Origin: Gekko japonicus
Lineage: Eukaryota
Direction: 5' to 3'
Assembly: GCF_001447785.1 (NCBI RefSeq)
Contig: NW_015173687.1
Location: 662,694-726,693 of the forward strand
DNA length: 64,000 bases
A model generated the notes under the pieces. It did not search any database and had not been told where the DNA came from. It saw only the letters and a list, made by a program, of their open reading frames with translations. Position numbers and translations under genes: made by a program. Shown here piece by piece: positions 1-12,500 of the stretch; positions within the stretch are counted from its first letter, which is position 1, and every line of letters starts with the position of its first letter.

Positions 1-471
1 TTACAAACCCCCCCCCCCCACAGCCTCTGCCTAGGGAAAGGGCAGCTGACATCATTCTCCTCTCCACTATGAGGTAATGTTATGCAACTGAAAATCCCAA
101 CTGTCTTGCGGGGTGTGTGTGTGTGTGTGAGTTTGAGGTGTGTAATGGAGTGTAGTCCAATCAGCTTCCATATGCAAATAACCTTGGAACGCTGGGCGGG
201 ACTGCACAAAGCAGCCAGTCAACCCAGCCAGTGTTTTCTGAGTGGCAGTTTTTCCGGCCTAACACTAAGGAGGCCAAATTTAGAATGTTGTGAAATAGAA
301 TGTTCTTACTCAATTATATATAAGGAGAGATCCCTTTGGGGATCCCTCTAGCAGGACACAGACTGGAGGAGAGCAAAGAATCCCTGACGCCCGAGCGGGC
401 TCGTGCTTCAGCCCCACTCTCGCTTCGGTACGTACTGAAATCCGCAGATGAATGGGCACTGGTGCTCTTAC

Positions 472-567
472 CAGGATCTCCTGGAGCTCCTCTTCCCTCT
501 GCTTCTTCTCTTTCAGCAGCTGCTGCAACAGGTTGGTCAGGGCTCGCCGCTGCTCCGCTATCGCCTC
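472..567 (-). CDS. LRSAM1: LRSAM1 exon
   Basis: [32 protein letters not shown], 96 bp. Confidence 0.95.
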
Positions 568-3500
568 CTGAAACACAGCACAACGCAGACATTTTGGCCT
601 GACTCTAAAGCTCCCTTGATGTCCAGCCCCACCCCCCACCCCGCCACCCTTTGCCTAATCCTGCAGCCCTCCAACATAGCACAGAATTAATCTGGGAAGG
701 TGTCCTTCGAACAGAGCTGGGGGCGCCCCTGCCCAGACTCCTCAGGTGCTTTCAGTACAAGGTTAGCTTTCATTTGGGCAGGGTGGATGTGCCGTGACAT
801 GGAAATGTTCCCACCTTATGGCATCCTATCCCTGGAAAGACTTCAACCCAAAACAGGCTTTGCAAGAATTGGCTGGTCCTGTGCCACAAGGGAAGTCACC
901 CACTGCGAATGGATCAGAGAGAGACGGAACCAGCCTGAACCGCCTGTCCACCTGTGTGATCGTGACCAGGTGAGCTCTGGCCCAGGGCTGTGTGTTCCCC
1001 CAAACATCCAGATTCTGTGCCGAGAGCAAACTGAATCCAGCGATGTGTATGTGTTATGCAAATGCACCAAATTTACAGAATTTCTTCAAGGGGAAGGGCA
1101 AGGAGCCAGCCGCACGGGCTGCCGAGCATCCAGCCCACTGGATAAGCTGAGGAGCTTGTTTGTCTTCTGAGATCTCATCAGCCACTGCTGCTGGCTTTCG
1201 ACCTTCCTCTGCAACCCAAAGGACGAGCAACCTGCCCTTTCGTAAAACGAAAGCGGAGATTCTTACTTGGGCTGAAGTCTGCATCCGAGATCCTCTTACT
1301 TGTTAGGAACAGTGAAAGACACACAGCCCTGGCTCTGCCCACTAAGCAGAGTGGATGCAACTGGAGGGATGAAAGGTGCTCTCTGGAATGTTGCTTTTGA
1401 GTGGATATTTAAAAATAATAATAATAATAATCAAAACAAACCCAGCAAAAGCCATGTAGCAAAATGTGAAATGTTTGGCAGGTGGTTCCTTTTGCCAGTC
1501 GGCTTTGAACCCAACAGAGGCCAGTTCCTTCCAATGACTCCAGATCTTTGAATGCAACAGTGTTTGCAGGAAGCACCAAGCCAGGGGAAACCAGGACTGA
1601 GATATTCCCTGCCCTCCCAACTCCTGGCCAAGCACCAGGTGAAAGGGGTGAGAAGAGCATGAGTGAGCAGATGGTTCAATATCAGCAGCCCCAGGAAGCC
1701 CAACCTACCTGCAGTGCCTCTGTGTCCAGCTGTTGCCTCTTTACCTCCAGCTGTGTCAGCTGCAATAACTCTCTCTCTATTAACTTAATCTAGGCAGAAG
1801 ATGAAACAGGGGTTTTTTACTTGCATAGGAAAGGACTCAGCTGTCACTGGCTTCAGCTCTGGCCCCAAGGAAACTGCCTGGGGCTCCACCTGTACCCCTC
1901 CTGTGCTCTCACTTAGGCCTTCCAGGGCTAAGCAAGTGCCCCTTGCAGCAGCTTCTTAGCAAATAGGCATGTTTTGATGAAGAGCGGGGTCTCTCCTTGC
2001 ATTCTTAAAAAAACACCAACCTACACGTTTGCCCTTGTTGCCTTGGGAGAAGGTGGCCACACGGCAGCTGTCTAGATTTGTAGCTGGGTACTATTGCATC
2101 GAAAAGGCAGGTGCCTTCTTTCTTGGGGACATGGCATGCACTGCTAGTCTCAACTGTCTCCCTTGTCACAGGTAGTCCTGACCAGTAGAGAGCAGTGTTC
2201 CCTCTAAGCTGAGTTAGTGTGAGCTAGCTCACCGTTCTTTTAGCCTCCAGCTCACACATTTTTGTCTGAGCTCAGGAAGGGATGATGACTCCAGAGCAAA
2301 CTAATTTATGCAGCAGCCAGATCCCTCGCTCACAACTTTAATGCCAGTCGCTCACAAGACTCCAGAACTTAAGAGGGAACATTGGTGGGGAGCAGACAAC
2401 TTGAACGATCACACTTGATTCCTCTACGTAAGCCACATGCTGACATGCCCAGGAAGAAAGCTGCAGACACTGGCTCTGAATGACAAATCGGGGGGGGGGG
2501 GGGGGGGGGGGAATGGCACTCACTGATGGCCAAGGAGAGCTCAGTAGGATCTCCTAGCAAAACGGAGGAGAGACCCCCTTGTGCCAACCTAACAGGCCAC
2601 ATTGCTTCTCACTAAGCCTCAGACAAACATCTGCCATTCTATAGGCACGATATACCAATGGAGTGTAGTGGCAGATGGAGCGTGCCTCTCTAGTGTCTCC
2701 GGAGGTGAAGCTCCGGAGGTAGCTGCTTTGCTGAGCTACGACAGAGCCTCTCTCTTGGGAACGGAAGCGTCTCTCCTCCAAAGGGGACCAGCGATGTATC
2801 ATCCGACGAAAGGGAAGGACTCGCTCAATCTAGTTAGATGATAGCCCATGCTTCTAGTATGCTTCCCAGAGACACTGGGTGCAGTAGTAAGCTTCCCAGA
2901 AAGGTAATATGGTGCTAGAGCTCACTACAGTCCAGCAAAGCCACCACAGAAGAGCAAAGTCAATGAACACCCTTGCCCAGCACCTCTTAGAAAGTCCTCT
3001 CCCAGGTTCACCAGACTGGAGGCCAAAGTGCCCTGTTAACCAAAGGAAGGGGGTGTGGGAGGGAGGACACACTGTTGAAGAACTTGCAAACTCTATTGCC
3101 TCAAGCCTCTGGTGGCAACAATTCAATACGCTTCTGCTCAACTGGGTTGTGGCCACATGCTCTTACACGGATGTGCTTCCCTTTTGCCAGAATGGATCTG
3201 AACAAGCAGGTTGATGACAGAGACAGAAACTAAAAGACAACCACAAATCATGAAGTTCATGCATTCATGGGCCATTCTCTGAGGTGGGATGGAAATGCAA
3301 TGAAGTTTCCCGGAATGGGGCATTACCTCACTGGCTCTGAGGGAGTGAAGCACAGGACTTGGCTTGCAGGCCAGGAAAATTCCACTCTCCTGCAACATGG
3401 GCTCCCGGGACTGGACTTACAAAGGCAGACTGTGCAGAGAGGAGACCTGAGGGTATTCCCTGCAGAATCCCCACTTCCACTCACCTGATTCCTGATCTGG

Positions 3501-6500
3501 CAGTGCATAAGATCTCGCTTCACCTGGAGAGCTTCAAAGGCAGCCTTCTGCATTTCGCTCTAAAAGATGGAGAGCAAGAGACAGATATGATGCTCCCAAT
3601 ACCATCCCAGGTCCCAGTAACTCAGCAGCCTACTTTAAAGTGAAGAGCAAGGGCATGAGATCCTTTAACTGTAGAGGCTAGGAAGAGAGCCATTTGCATG
3701 CTATGCCGTTCAGCCACGGCCCCTCCCCAAAGACAGCCTTCCGTGGAGTTCAGGCCATCTAGCCCATCCTACCTCCCCTACCTGGTACTGGCTCTTCAAG
3801 GCCTTCCCAAGCCCCAGTAATCAAGAAGCATTTTTAACTGCAGATGCAATGAATGTACTCTCCCACTGAGCAGTGGCTCTGCCTTCAGACTGGGTCGGGA
3901 TATCTGGACCATGCCTGCTCACGTAGGAGCTTTCCCATCCATTTCCCATCTTCAGAGTTCCACTGTCTTCAGAACTGAAGTGGGTGATTATCGGGGGGGG
4001 GGGCTGGCTAGGGAACACACCCATCAGCCAGGTTTACCTGCTGCCTATGTTAACATCTTTCAGGCATAAGACAAACTCCATCACCTGTGCTTTTAGTTAG
4101 GCGCTGAGTGAACAGAAGGCACTCGTGGATCTTTCCCTGTTTTCTCCCTTACACAGCAGGCCACTGTGGCTCCCCAAAAGGCATTGCCAGACAGTGCTCC
4201 CACTTAAGCTGTGGAGTCCTGTGAGCAAAAATCCTACTTTGTGAGCGACTGGCATTACAGTCGTGAGTGAGCAATTTGGCTGCTGCATAAATTAGTTTGC
4301 TCTGGAGCCAACCTTCCTGAGCTAAGGCAAAAATGTGTGAGCTGGAGGCTAAAAAACTGTGAGCTAGCTCACACTAACTCAGCTTAGAGGGAACACTGAG
4401 ACCAGTCTTGGTGTGGTATGATGCAAAAGTCACGGGGGGGGGGGGGGTTTTAGGAGCTCTCTAAGACCTCTCTGAAAAACAGGAGAGAGCCAAAACTATT
4501 AGAATATTCTAAGCCAGACAAACATCTTGACAAACGTAAAATTAACTCTGAAGTCTACCCAATCACCCAGAAAGGTTATTCAAGTTATGAAGTTCTTGTG
4601 AAGGCTTGTTGTTTTTTTCCTGGTGTACTAGAAAAGCATAGGGATTGCTATGCTGAGCTAGACCCAAGGTACAAGGTACATCTAGTTCAACATTCAGTAG
4701 TTTAGACCAGCCTGATAGATGCTTCCAGGAAGTCCAAAAATAGGAAAAGTAATGGCTATTCCTGGTAGTCTGTTGCTCAGTGGCTTGCACAAAGACTGCC
4801 TCTGAACATGAAAAGTTACTACTAAAAGCTATAGGCTGAAGCCTGGGCAGGAAATAATGGCTATTCCTGGTAGTTTGTTGCTCAGTGGCCTCTGAACATG
4901 AAAAGTCACTACTAAAAGCTATAGGCTGAAGCCTGGGGATGGTTGCCTCTGAACCTGCCCTGCTAATGGTACAGCCCTCCTCTGATGGAAGAGGTCTTTC
5001 TGCCAGGGAAAGATTCCTTGCACCAGAGAAAGGCTCTGCAATTCCAATAAATACTCTATATGTATATACACCCAAACTAAAAGAGAATACAAACTTTAAG
5101 AACATTAATAATAATGCAAAAGATTTATATAAGAAATTTAGGGGGGGGGGAATGTATTGTACAAACAGATATTCTGTGAGGTAATCAAATAGATTAACCA
5201 ACGATGTAAATGAGACCCCATATGTGTATGTGTGTATGTATGTTTGTTTTTATTTGTTTGTCTGTNNNNNNNNNNNNNNNNNNNNNNNNNNNNNNNNNNN
5301 NNNNNNNNNNNNNNNNNNNNNNNNNNNNNNNNNNNNNNNNNNNNNNNNNNNNNNNNNNNNNNNNNNNNNNNNNNNNNNNNNNNNNNNNNNNNNNNNNNNN
5401 NNNNNNNNNNNNNNNNNNNNNNNNNNNNNNNNNNNNNNNNNNNNNNNNNNNNNNNNNNNNNNNNNNNNNNNNNNNNNNNNNNNNNNNNNNNNNNNNNNNN
5501 NNNNNNNNNNNNNNNNNNGGAGGGAGCTGGGGGAGCTGGGCCCTGAAGCAAAGCTGGAGGCCCTGAAAGTGGGGTTGCCAGTTTGGGGAAAAGTTTAAGG
5601 AAGGGCAGAGGAAGGATCCTGGTGCCACAGCTAATGGCAAATGTCTCCCTCTTTGGTCCCCTGGCTGACTACGACATAGCAGGTGGTGGGCATAATTTGT
5701 CTCGATTATAATGCTAGGGGATGCAGGAAACCCACTCACGCACAGCTCTTGTACAGTGGCAAGGGAAACAACATGCCAAGGATGGGCTGTATAATCAAAA
5801 GCTGGAATTCTCTGGTCTGGTGAAATCACAAGAAATGTTTCAATAAATAACTGGCGCCTTGTTTTCAGGTGCACAGCTCAAACATGAGCATTCAGCGAAA
5901 ATGCCACTGCTGGATTTTATTGTTAAAAGATCCAGGCAGCCAGTCAAAATTTCTGGCACACAGTCCAGATGTCAGAAAAAATAAACACCACCCAAACTGG
6001 AGGCTGGTATTTTTCTGGCTTTCTGGGAACACTAGAAGGACTTCCAAGGTGCTGAATTGTCACAAATAAAAGTCTCTGCTCAGAGCTTCTTGGAGGAAGG
6101 ATGGGGGAAGAAATACGATCTCAAAGCCCATGTCCTCTTGACTGTAAGTACCTGGTACAAGTCTGGTTGACGAGGTCCTGTCGCCGTGATTCAAAGGCCA
6201 TCTGGACGAGCTTGCTCTTGTACGTTTCCGCCAGCATCTGCTGCATGGCCGCTGCAGGGGCAGAAAACTCCGGCAGTCAATGGCCTGCTCAGACCCCTCC
6301 TCGTGCCCTACAATAAGCCAGGCTTCTGGAAAACTGCCCCCTTCTTCACTTCATAACGGTAGCAATGTTTCCACAGAAGCAAACCAGGAAGCCCGTCTAA
6401 ACAGCTTCTAAATCTGCTTCTCATTGTTTCAAGTGCTGGCAGAGAAGGCGAGGGGAGGGCTAAGATGTTCCTTCGAGGGGCAAAGCAAGTTAGAGTTAGG

Positions 6501-9500
6501 CCTGCCTCTTGGACAACAGGAACCAGATCAGCAGGGTGTTCGTTGCTGGAGGAGAAACACTGATGTGTGCACATCCCAACTATAAAAACTTGGGTAGCTG
6601 TACGCAGAGGTCATTTCGGGGGGGGATCGCAGTTCCCCCGGGTGAGGTACGGGGGCGGGGCATATGACGAAGCCCCGCCCCCCGCTTCCGGCCGCCCCGC
6701 TTCCGGCCCTCATTCAGCCAGGAGGAGGCAGGAGAAGAGGGAGGGTAAGTTGCTTCCTCCCTGCCTCTCCCCACCCCTGCCTGCCTGGGGCCAGAGAGGG
6801 CCTTCGCGGGGCTTCCTTGCACTCCCGCCGGCCGGGACCGTTGGGGACGGGGTGTGTGGCCTTATGACACACTTCCAGTGATGTCAGGGGGTGTGGCCTT
6901 ATGACACACTTCCGGTGATGTCAGGGGGTGTGGTATATGCTATTGGAGTACTGTGTACAGTTCTGATCACCACACGTCTATGAAATGACCCCTGGCTGTA
7001 CGGAAGGGAGGGCAGGGCACAGCTGGGATTGAGCCTTCTCTCACCATGTGGTCTCAAAGGCCAGCCCTAAACACCCTACTGCAAACGCACCCCCACCCTT
7101 CCTGCTAGGAGCTCAGGTAGTGGACGTGCTTCCTACAGTGGCACCTCCTCCGTTGAGCTAGTGGATGGGTGACTCAGTGCAAGGGGGGACTCAAGGGAGC
7201 CGATGGGGCCTTGTGAAACATGCCCATCAACAAACTCACAGGCCACTTCCCTCCTGCGCAGCTGCTCCGCCTCCTCCTGAGTAATGGCCATCAGCTGCTC
7301 CATCCTGATCCTAGAAAGCAACGAGGAAAAGTCAGCTACTGCATGGTCAAGGCAAGAGCTTCCCTTGATTATTTCACAGTCTGCCTTCTGCAGGTCACCA
7401 TACTGCTGGGTTTGACTCAAGATCCGTCTAGTCCAGCATCCTGCTTCTGGCACTGGACAGCCAGATGCCTTTGGTGGTTTCACAAGGGATGGCCAGAGGC
7501 TGGAGATGAAGCAGTACTATCTCACAGTATCATCATGGCCCTGAATAAATTGATGGTGCGACCTCATTTGGAGTACTGTGTACAGTTCTGATCACCACAC
7601 CTCAAAAAGGATATTATAGCACTGGGAAAAGTGCAGACAAGGGCAACTAGAATGATAAAAGGGTTGGAACACTTCCCCTATGAAGAAAGGTTAAAGCGCT
7701 TGGGGCTCTTTAGCTTGGAGAAACGATGGCTGAGGGGTGATATGATCGAGGTTTTTAAGATTATGCATGGGATAGAGCAGGTCGAGAAAGAAGATTTTTC
7801 TCCCTTTCTCACAATACAAGAACTCATGGGCACTCCATGAAATTGCTGAGCAGGCGGGTTAGAACAGATAAAAGGAAGTACTTCTTCACCCAAAGAGAGA
7901 TTAACACGTGGAATTCACTGCCACAGGAGGTGGTGGCGGCTACAAGCATGGACGGCTTCAAGAAGGAATTGGATAAACATATGGAGCAGAGGTCCATCAG
8001 TGGCTATTAGCCACAAGGTATAGACAGGAACTCTCAGTCTGGGGCAAGTGATGCTCTGTATTCTTGGTGCTTGGGGGGGCAACAGTGGGAGGGCTTCTAG
8101 TGTCTCTGGCCCCGCTGCTGGATCTCCTGATGGCACCTGGTATTTTTGGCCACTGTGTGACAGAATGTTGGACTGGATGGGCCATTGGCCTGAACTGACA
8201 TTGGCTTCTCTTATGTTCTTATGTTCAGTGAGGAATGGCCAAATGTCTTTTGGCATGCTGACCCAGCTGCTGTGCTTCCCAAAGCCATCCCAAGGGCAGA
8301 CAAGAACTCACCGATCATTCTCCAGAGATTTCAGAATCTCAGAGTTCTGTTTTTGCCTAGAAAGAGAAAGAGGATGTTGTCAGACCANNNNNNNNNNNNN
8401 NNNNNNNNNNNNTCTCCCTTGTCCCCTTCTTCCCATACATCTCTTTCAGCCCCCCCCCCCACCATCCCCAAGCTACAAAAGAGTTCTGCCATTGTCACAA
8501 ACAAAACAGAATGAAATAAAAAAATAAAATATGAAATCCTGATTCTAAAAACAAACTAAATATATCCAGGGAGTTTTCTTTTGCCTTTCCCATTGCTCAG
8601 TTGTAAATAGTTTTTTTTACACTTTTAAAAAATTCAACAAGCTCTTAAAAATGTCTTGACTTCTTATAAACATGTTCTGTGCCCTTGTGTTTTAATATTA
8701 TTGTACTTTTTAAACACACAAGTTCAAGTGTCTGAGTAAAAATACACGTGACCTGAGTGTTCCCTACTCAAGGAGTTTCCTGACGGTGACCCCTTTCCTC
8801 TATGGGAGGGAAGGGTTGCAGTTTGGACCCACCTGCTTTGTCCTGTTGTCCCAGTGTTTTGGGGTGAGTGTGAGTGTGGGCAATTGGGTCATCTCTCCTG
8901 AGGCTTTTCCAAGGCAGACGCCTCATGAATTCTGATGCCATAAAGCAGGCTGTCCTTGGTTGTTGGGAAAAACTGGGTACACCTTCTTGAGTACTTGTTA
9001 GATTAACTATCATTACTTTTTAAATAGCCAGAATAGTAGTGAGTGAGCAAGTGAGAGGAAGGAGAAAAGGAGGGGGGGGGCTAGAGGACAGGCAGGGAAA
9101 AGAAAAAGAGCTGTTAGGGTTCATGTCCAGTGTTCCCTCTAAGCAGAGTTAGTGTGAGCTAGCTCACAGTTTTTTAGCCTCCGGCTCACACGTTTTTGTC
9201 TTAGCTCAGGAAGCATGGCTCCAGAGCAAACTAATTTATGCAGTAGCCAAATCACTCGCTCACAACTTTAATGCCAGTAGCTCACAAAGTACAATTTCTG
9301 CTCACAAGACTCTACAGCTTAAGAGTGAGCACTGTCCCCCCTGCTACGATGTGCGGCTGAGGCTGCTGACGGAAGCTGGGTTCTGCTGCTAATTATATTT
9401 GTATGTATCAGAGGTCATTTCGGGGGGGGGTGCGGGGGATCGCGCAGTTCCCCCAGGTGAGGTACGGGGGGGGAGGCACATGACAAAGCCCCGCCCCCTG

Positions 9501-12500
9501 CTTCCGGCCGCCCCGCTTCCNNNNNNNNNNNNNNNNNNNNNNNNNNNNNNNNNNNNNNNNNNNNNNNNNNNNNNNNNNNNNNNNNNNNNNNNNNNNNNNN
9601 NNNNNNNNNNNNNNNNNNNNNNNNNNNNNNNNNNNNNNNNNNNNNNNNNNNNNNNNNNNNNNNNNNNNNNNNNNNNNNNNNNNNNNNNNNNNNNNNNNNN
9701 NNNNNNNNNNNNNNNNNNNNNNNNNNNNNNNNNNNNNNNNNNNNNNNNNNNNNNNNNNNNNNNNNNNNNNNNNNNNNNNNNNNNNNNNNNNNNNNNNNNN
9801 NNNNNTGATGTCAGGGGGTGTGGCATATGCTAATGAGATGCTAATGAGTGCCCCTAGCTCTTTTTCTACGAAACGACCCCTGGAATGGATGCTTTCTCTG
9901 TATAAGGTGCTTTGAGAGCCAGCTCTTGGCATAAAAGGCAGAAGTATTTATGTATTTTAAATAAACGTTTGTTCATTCATTGAACTACTGCATTATTGGA
10001 GCCACCCTGCCCTGGATGGCCCAGGATAGCCTGATCTCATTAGACCTCGGAAGCTAAGCAGGGTGGGCCCTGGTTAGTATTTGGGTGGAAGATCACCGAG
10101 GAATTCCAGGGTCACTATGCAGAGGCAGCTGAGCTATTTTGGTGTAGTGGTTAAGTGCGCGGACTCTAATCTGGGAGAACCGGGTTTGATTCCCCACTCC
10201 TCCACTTGCACCTGCTGATGTGACCTTGTCGGAAAAGGTCAGTTTATATTCCAATCCCAAAGAAGGGCAATGCCAAGGAATGTTCAGGCTATAGCACAAT
10301 TGCACTAATTTCACACGCTGGCAAGGTCATGCTCAAGATCCTACAGGCTAGGCTTCAGCAGTATGTGGGTAGAGAACTGCCAGAAGTACAAGTTGGGTTT
10401 CAAAGAGGTAGAGGAACTAGAGATCAAAGTGCCAACATTCGCTGGATTATGGAGAAAGCAAGGGAGTACCAGAAAAACATCTACTTCTGCTTCATTGACT
10501 ACGCTAAAGCCTTTGATTGTGCGGACCACAACAAACTGCGGTAAGTCCTGAAAGAGAAGGGAGTACTAGACCACCTCACATGTCTCCTGAGAAACCTGTA
10601 TAAGGGTCAAGAAGCAACAGTTAGAACTGGACATGGAACAACAGATTGGTTTAGAATAGGAAAAGGATTACGGCTAGGATGTATATTGTCACCCTGCTTA
10701 TTTAATTTATATGCAGAGTACATCATGCAAAATGCTGGTCTCGATGAATCACAAGCCAGCATTAAGATTGCCGGGAGAAACATCAACAACCTCAGATATG
10801 CAGACGATACCACTCTAATGGCAGACAATGAAGAGGACCTAAAGAGCCTCTTGCTAAACATGAAAGAGGAGAGTGCAAAAGTTGGCTTGAAACTCAACAT
10901 CAAAAAAACTAACATCATGGCATCCGGCCCCATCACTCCTTGGCAAACAGAAGGGGAAGTCATGGAAGCAGTGACAGAATTCACGTTCCTGGGATCAAAG
11001 ATCACTGCAGACGGTGACTGCAGCCATGAAATTAAAAGACGCCTGCTCCTTAGGAGGAAAGCTATGGCAAACCTAGACTACATAATAAAAAGTAGAGACA
11101 TCACCCTGCCAACAAAAGTCTATAGAGTCAAAGTGATGGTATTCCCAGTAGTAACGTATGGCTGCGAGAGTCGGACCGTAAGGAAGGCCGAGCACCGAAG
11201 AATAGATGCTTTGGAATTATGGTGCTGGAGAAGACTCTTAAGAGTCCTTTGGACTACAAGGAGATCAAATCAGTCAATCCTAAAGGAAATCAAACCTGAC
11301 TGTTCCCTGGAAGACCAGATACTGAAGCTGAAGCTCAAATACTTTGGCCACCAAATGAGAAGGGAGCGCTCACTGGAGAAGACCCTGATGCTGGGAAAGA
11401 CTGAAGGTAAAAGAAGAAGGGGACGTCAAAGGATGAGATGGTTAGACAGTGTTACTGATGCAATGAACACGAAATTAAACAAACTCCGGAGCACGACGGA
11501 AGACAGGAGGGCCTGGCGTGATGTGGTCCATGGGGTCGCGAAGAGTTGGACTTGACTGTGTGACTGAACAACAACAACAATATGCAGAGGCAGGCAATGG
11601 CAAACCATCTCTGTAAGACTCTTGCCTTGAAAAGCCATACGTTGGCTGTGACTTGACAGCCCTTTATCCACACACATGCACGCACGCACACACACGTTAT
11701 TGGGGCCAGCGTGGTGTAGCAGTTCAAGGGCCAGACTGGCATCTGGGAGATACAGGTTCAAACCCCTACTCTGCCATGGAAGCTTGCCAGGTTACCTTGG
11801 GTAAATCACACACACTTGGCCTAACGTACCTCACGGGGCTCTTGTGAGGATAAAATGGAAGCAGGACGAATCTTGTAAGCCACTTTGGGGTCCCCATTGG
11901 GGAGAAAAGTGGAATACAGATTAAGTAAATAATAAATGAACACATGCCACTGAACAATTGATGATATTTTGATTAATAATATTAGTCTCTGGTATGTTCT
12001 AATTCATTCTGATTCAAGAATCAGGAATGGCAGGCAATCTTGGGATTTTCTTTCCAGCTCAAAACTGCAGATTGGTTTCACCAGTGGACAGGGCCGGCCC
12101 CAGCTTATTTTGCACCCTAGGCGAGGATCCCTTCTGGCGCCCCTCCCCCAATGCGCCCACCAATTTTCAAAAATAAATGCATTTTAGGAAGAATGAAAAA
12201 CACAAATAATCAAGAAACGTCCAGAGTACGGGGCCGGGTTCAGTTTGGCGCCCCTAAGGGCCGTCGCGCTCTAGGTGAACGCCTAGTTTGCCTAGTGAGG
12301 GAGCCGGCCCTGCCAGTGGACTGCTTCTGACTCCTCCTGCCAAATGTTCCAAGAATTATACTCCATCTGGCCAAGACCAAGAGGTCTGGGGTCATGCCAA
12401 CAAATCGGATTCTCACCCAGATATTTTGAGCCTTGGCTCAAGAAAGCCAGCTGTGACCGCTAAGGGCATAATTCCTGTGACTGCTGCACCCACTCCCACC

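Larger units (their letters stand above)
10001..11670 (+). mobile_element. 5S rRNA-derived SINE split by the SINE/BovB insertion (parts 10001-10128 and 11594-11670)
   Basis: CCTGATCTC..TCGGAAGCTAAGCAGGGT.GGCCCTGGTTAGTA resembles 5S rRNA; TSD TATGCAGAGGCAG at 10116-10128/11581-11593. Confidence 0.8.

Noticed and set aside
4563-5201. 212-aa minus-strand ORF
   Set aside because: Its length is explained by the tandem duplication; no recognisable homology or splice structure.
5138-5874. ORFs containing X runs
   Set aside because: Artefacts of translating through N-gaps (also at 9389-9932).
6851-6932. CRISPR-like or regulatory direct repeat (about 39 bp, two copies)
   Set aside because: Internal subterminal repeats of the hAT MITE in a eukaryotic context, with no spacers.
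10020-10110. 5S rRNA gene
   Set aside because: Degenerate and continuous with a SINE body and tail; several similar dispersed copies (33.9 kb, 62.4 kb).
10135-10205. tRNA gene
   Set aside because: tRNA-like SINE head with no complete cloverleaf; the same applies to the copies at 15.9, 25.0, 32.2 and 51.3 kb.
10686-11555. 289-aa ORF as a host gene
   Set aside because: It is the reverse transcriptase of a truncated BovB LINE, with an upstream stop and a (CAA)n tail.
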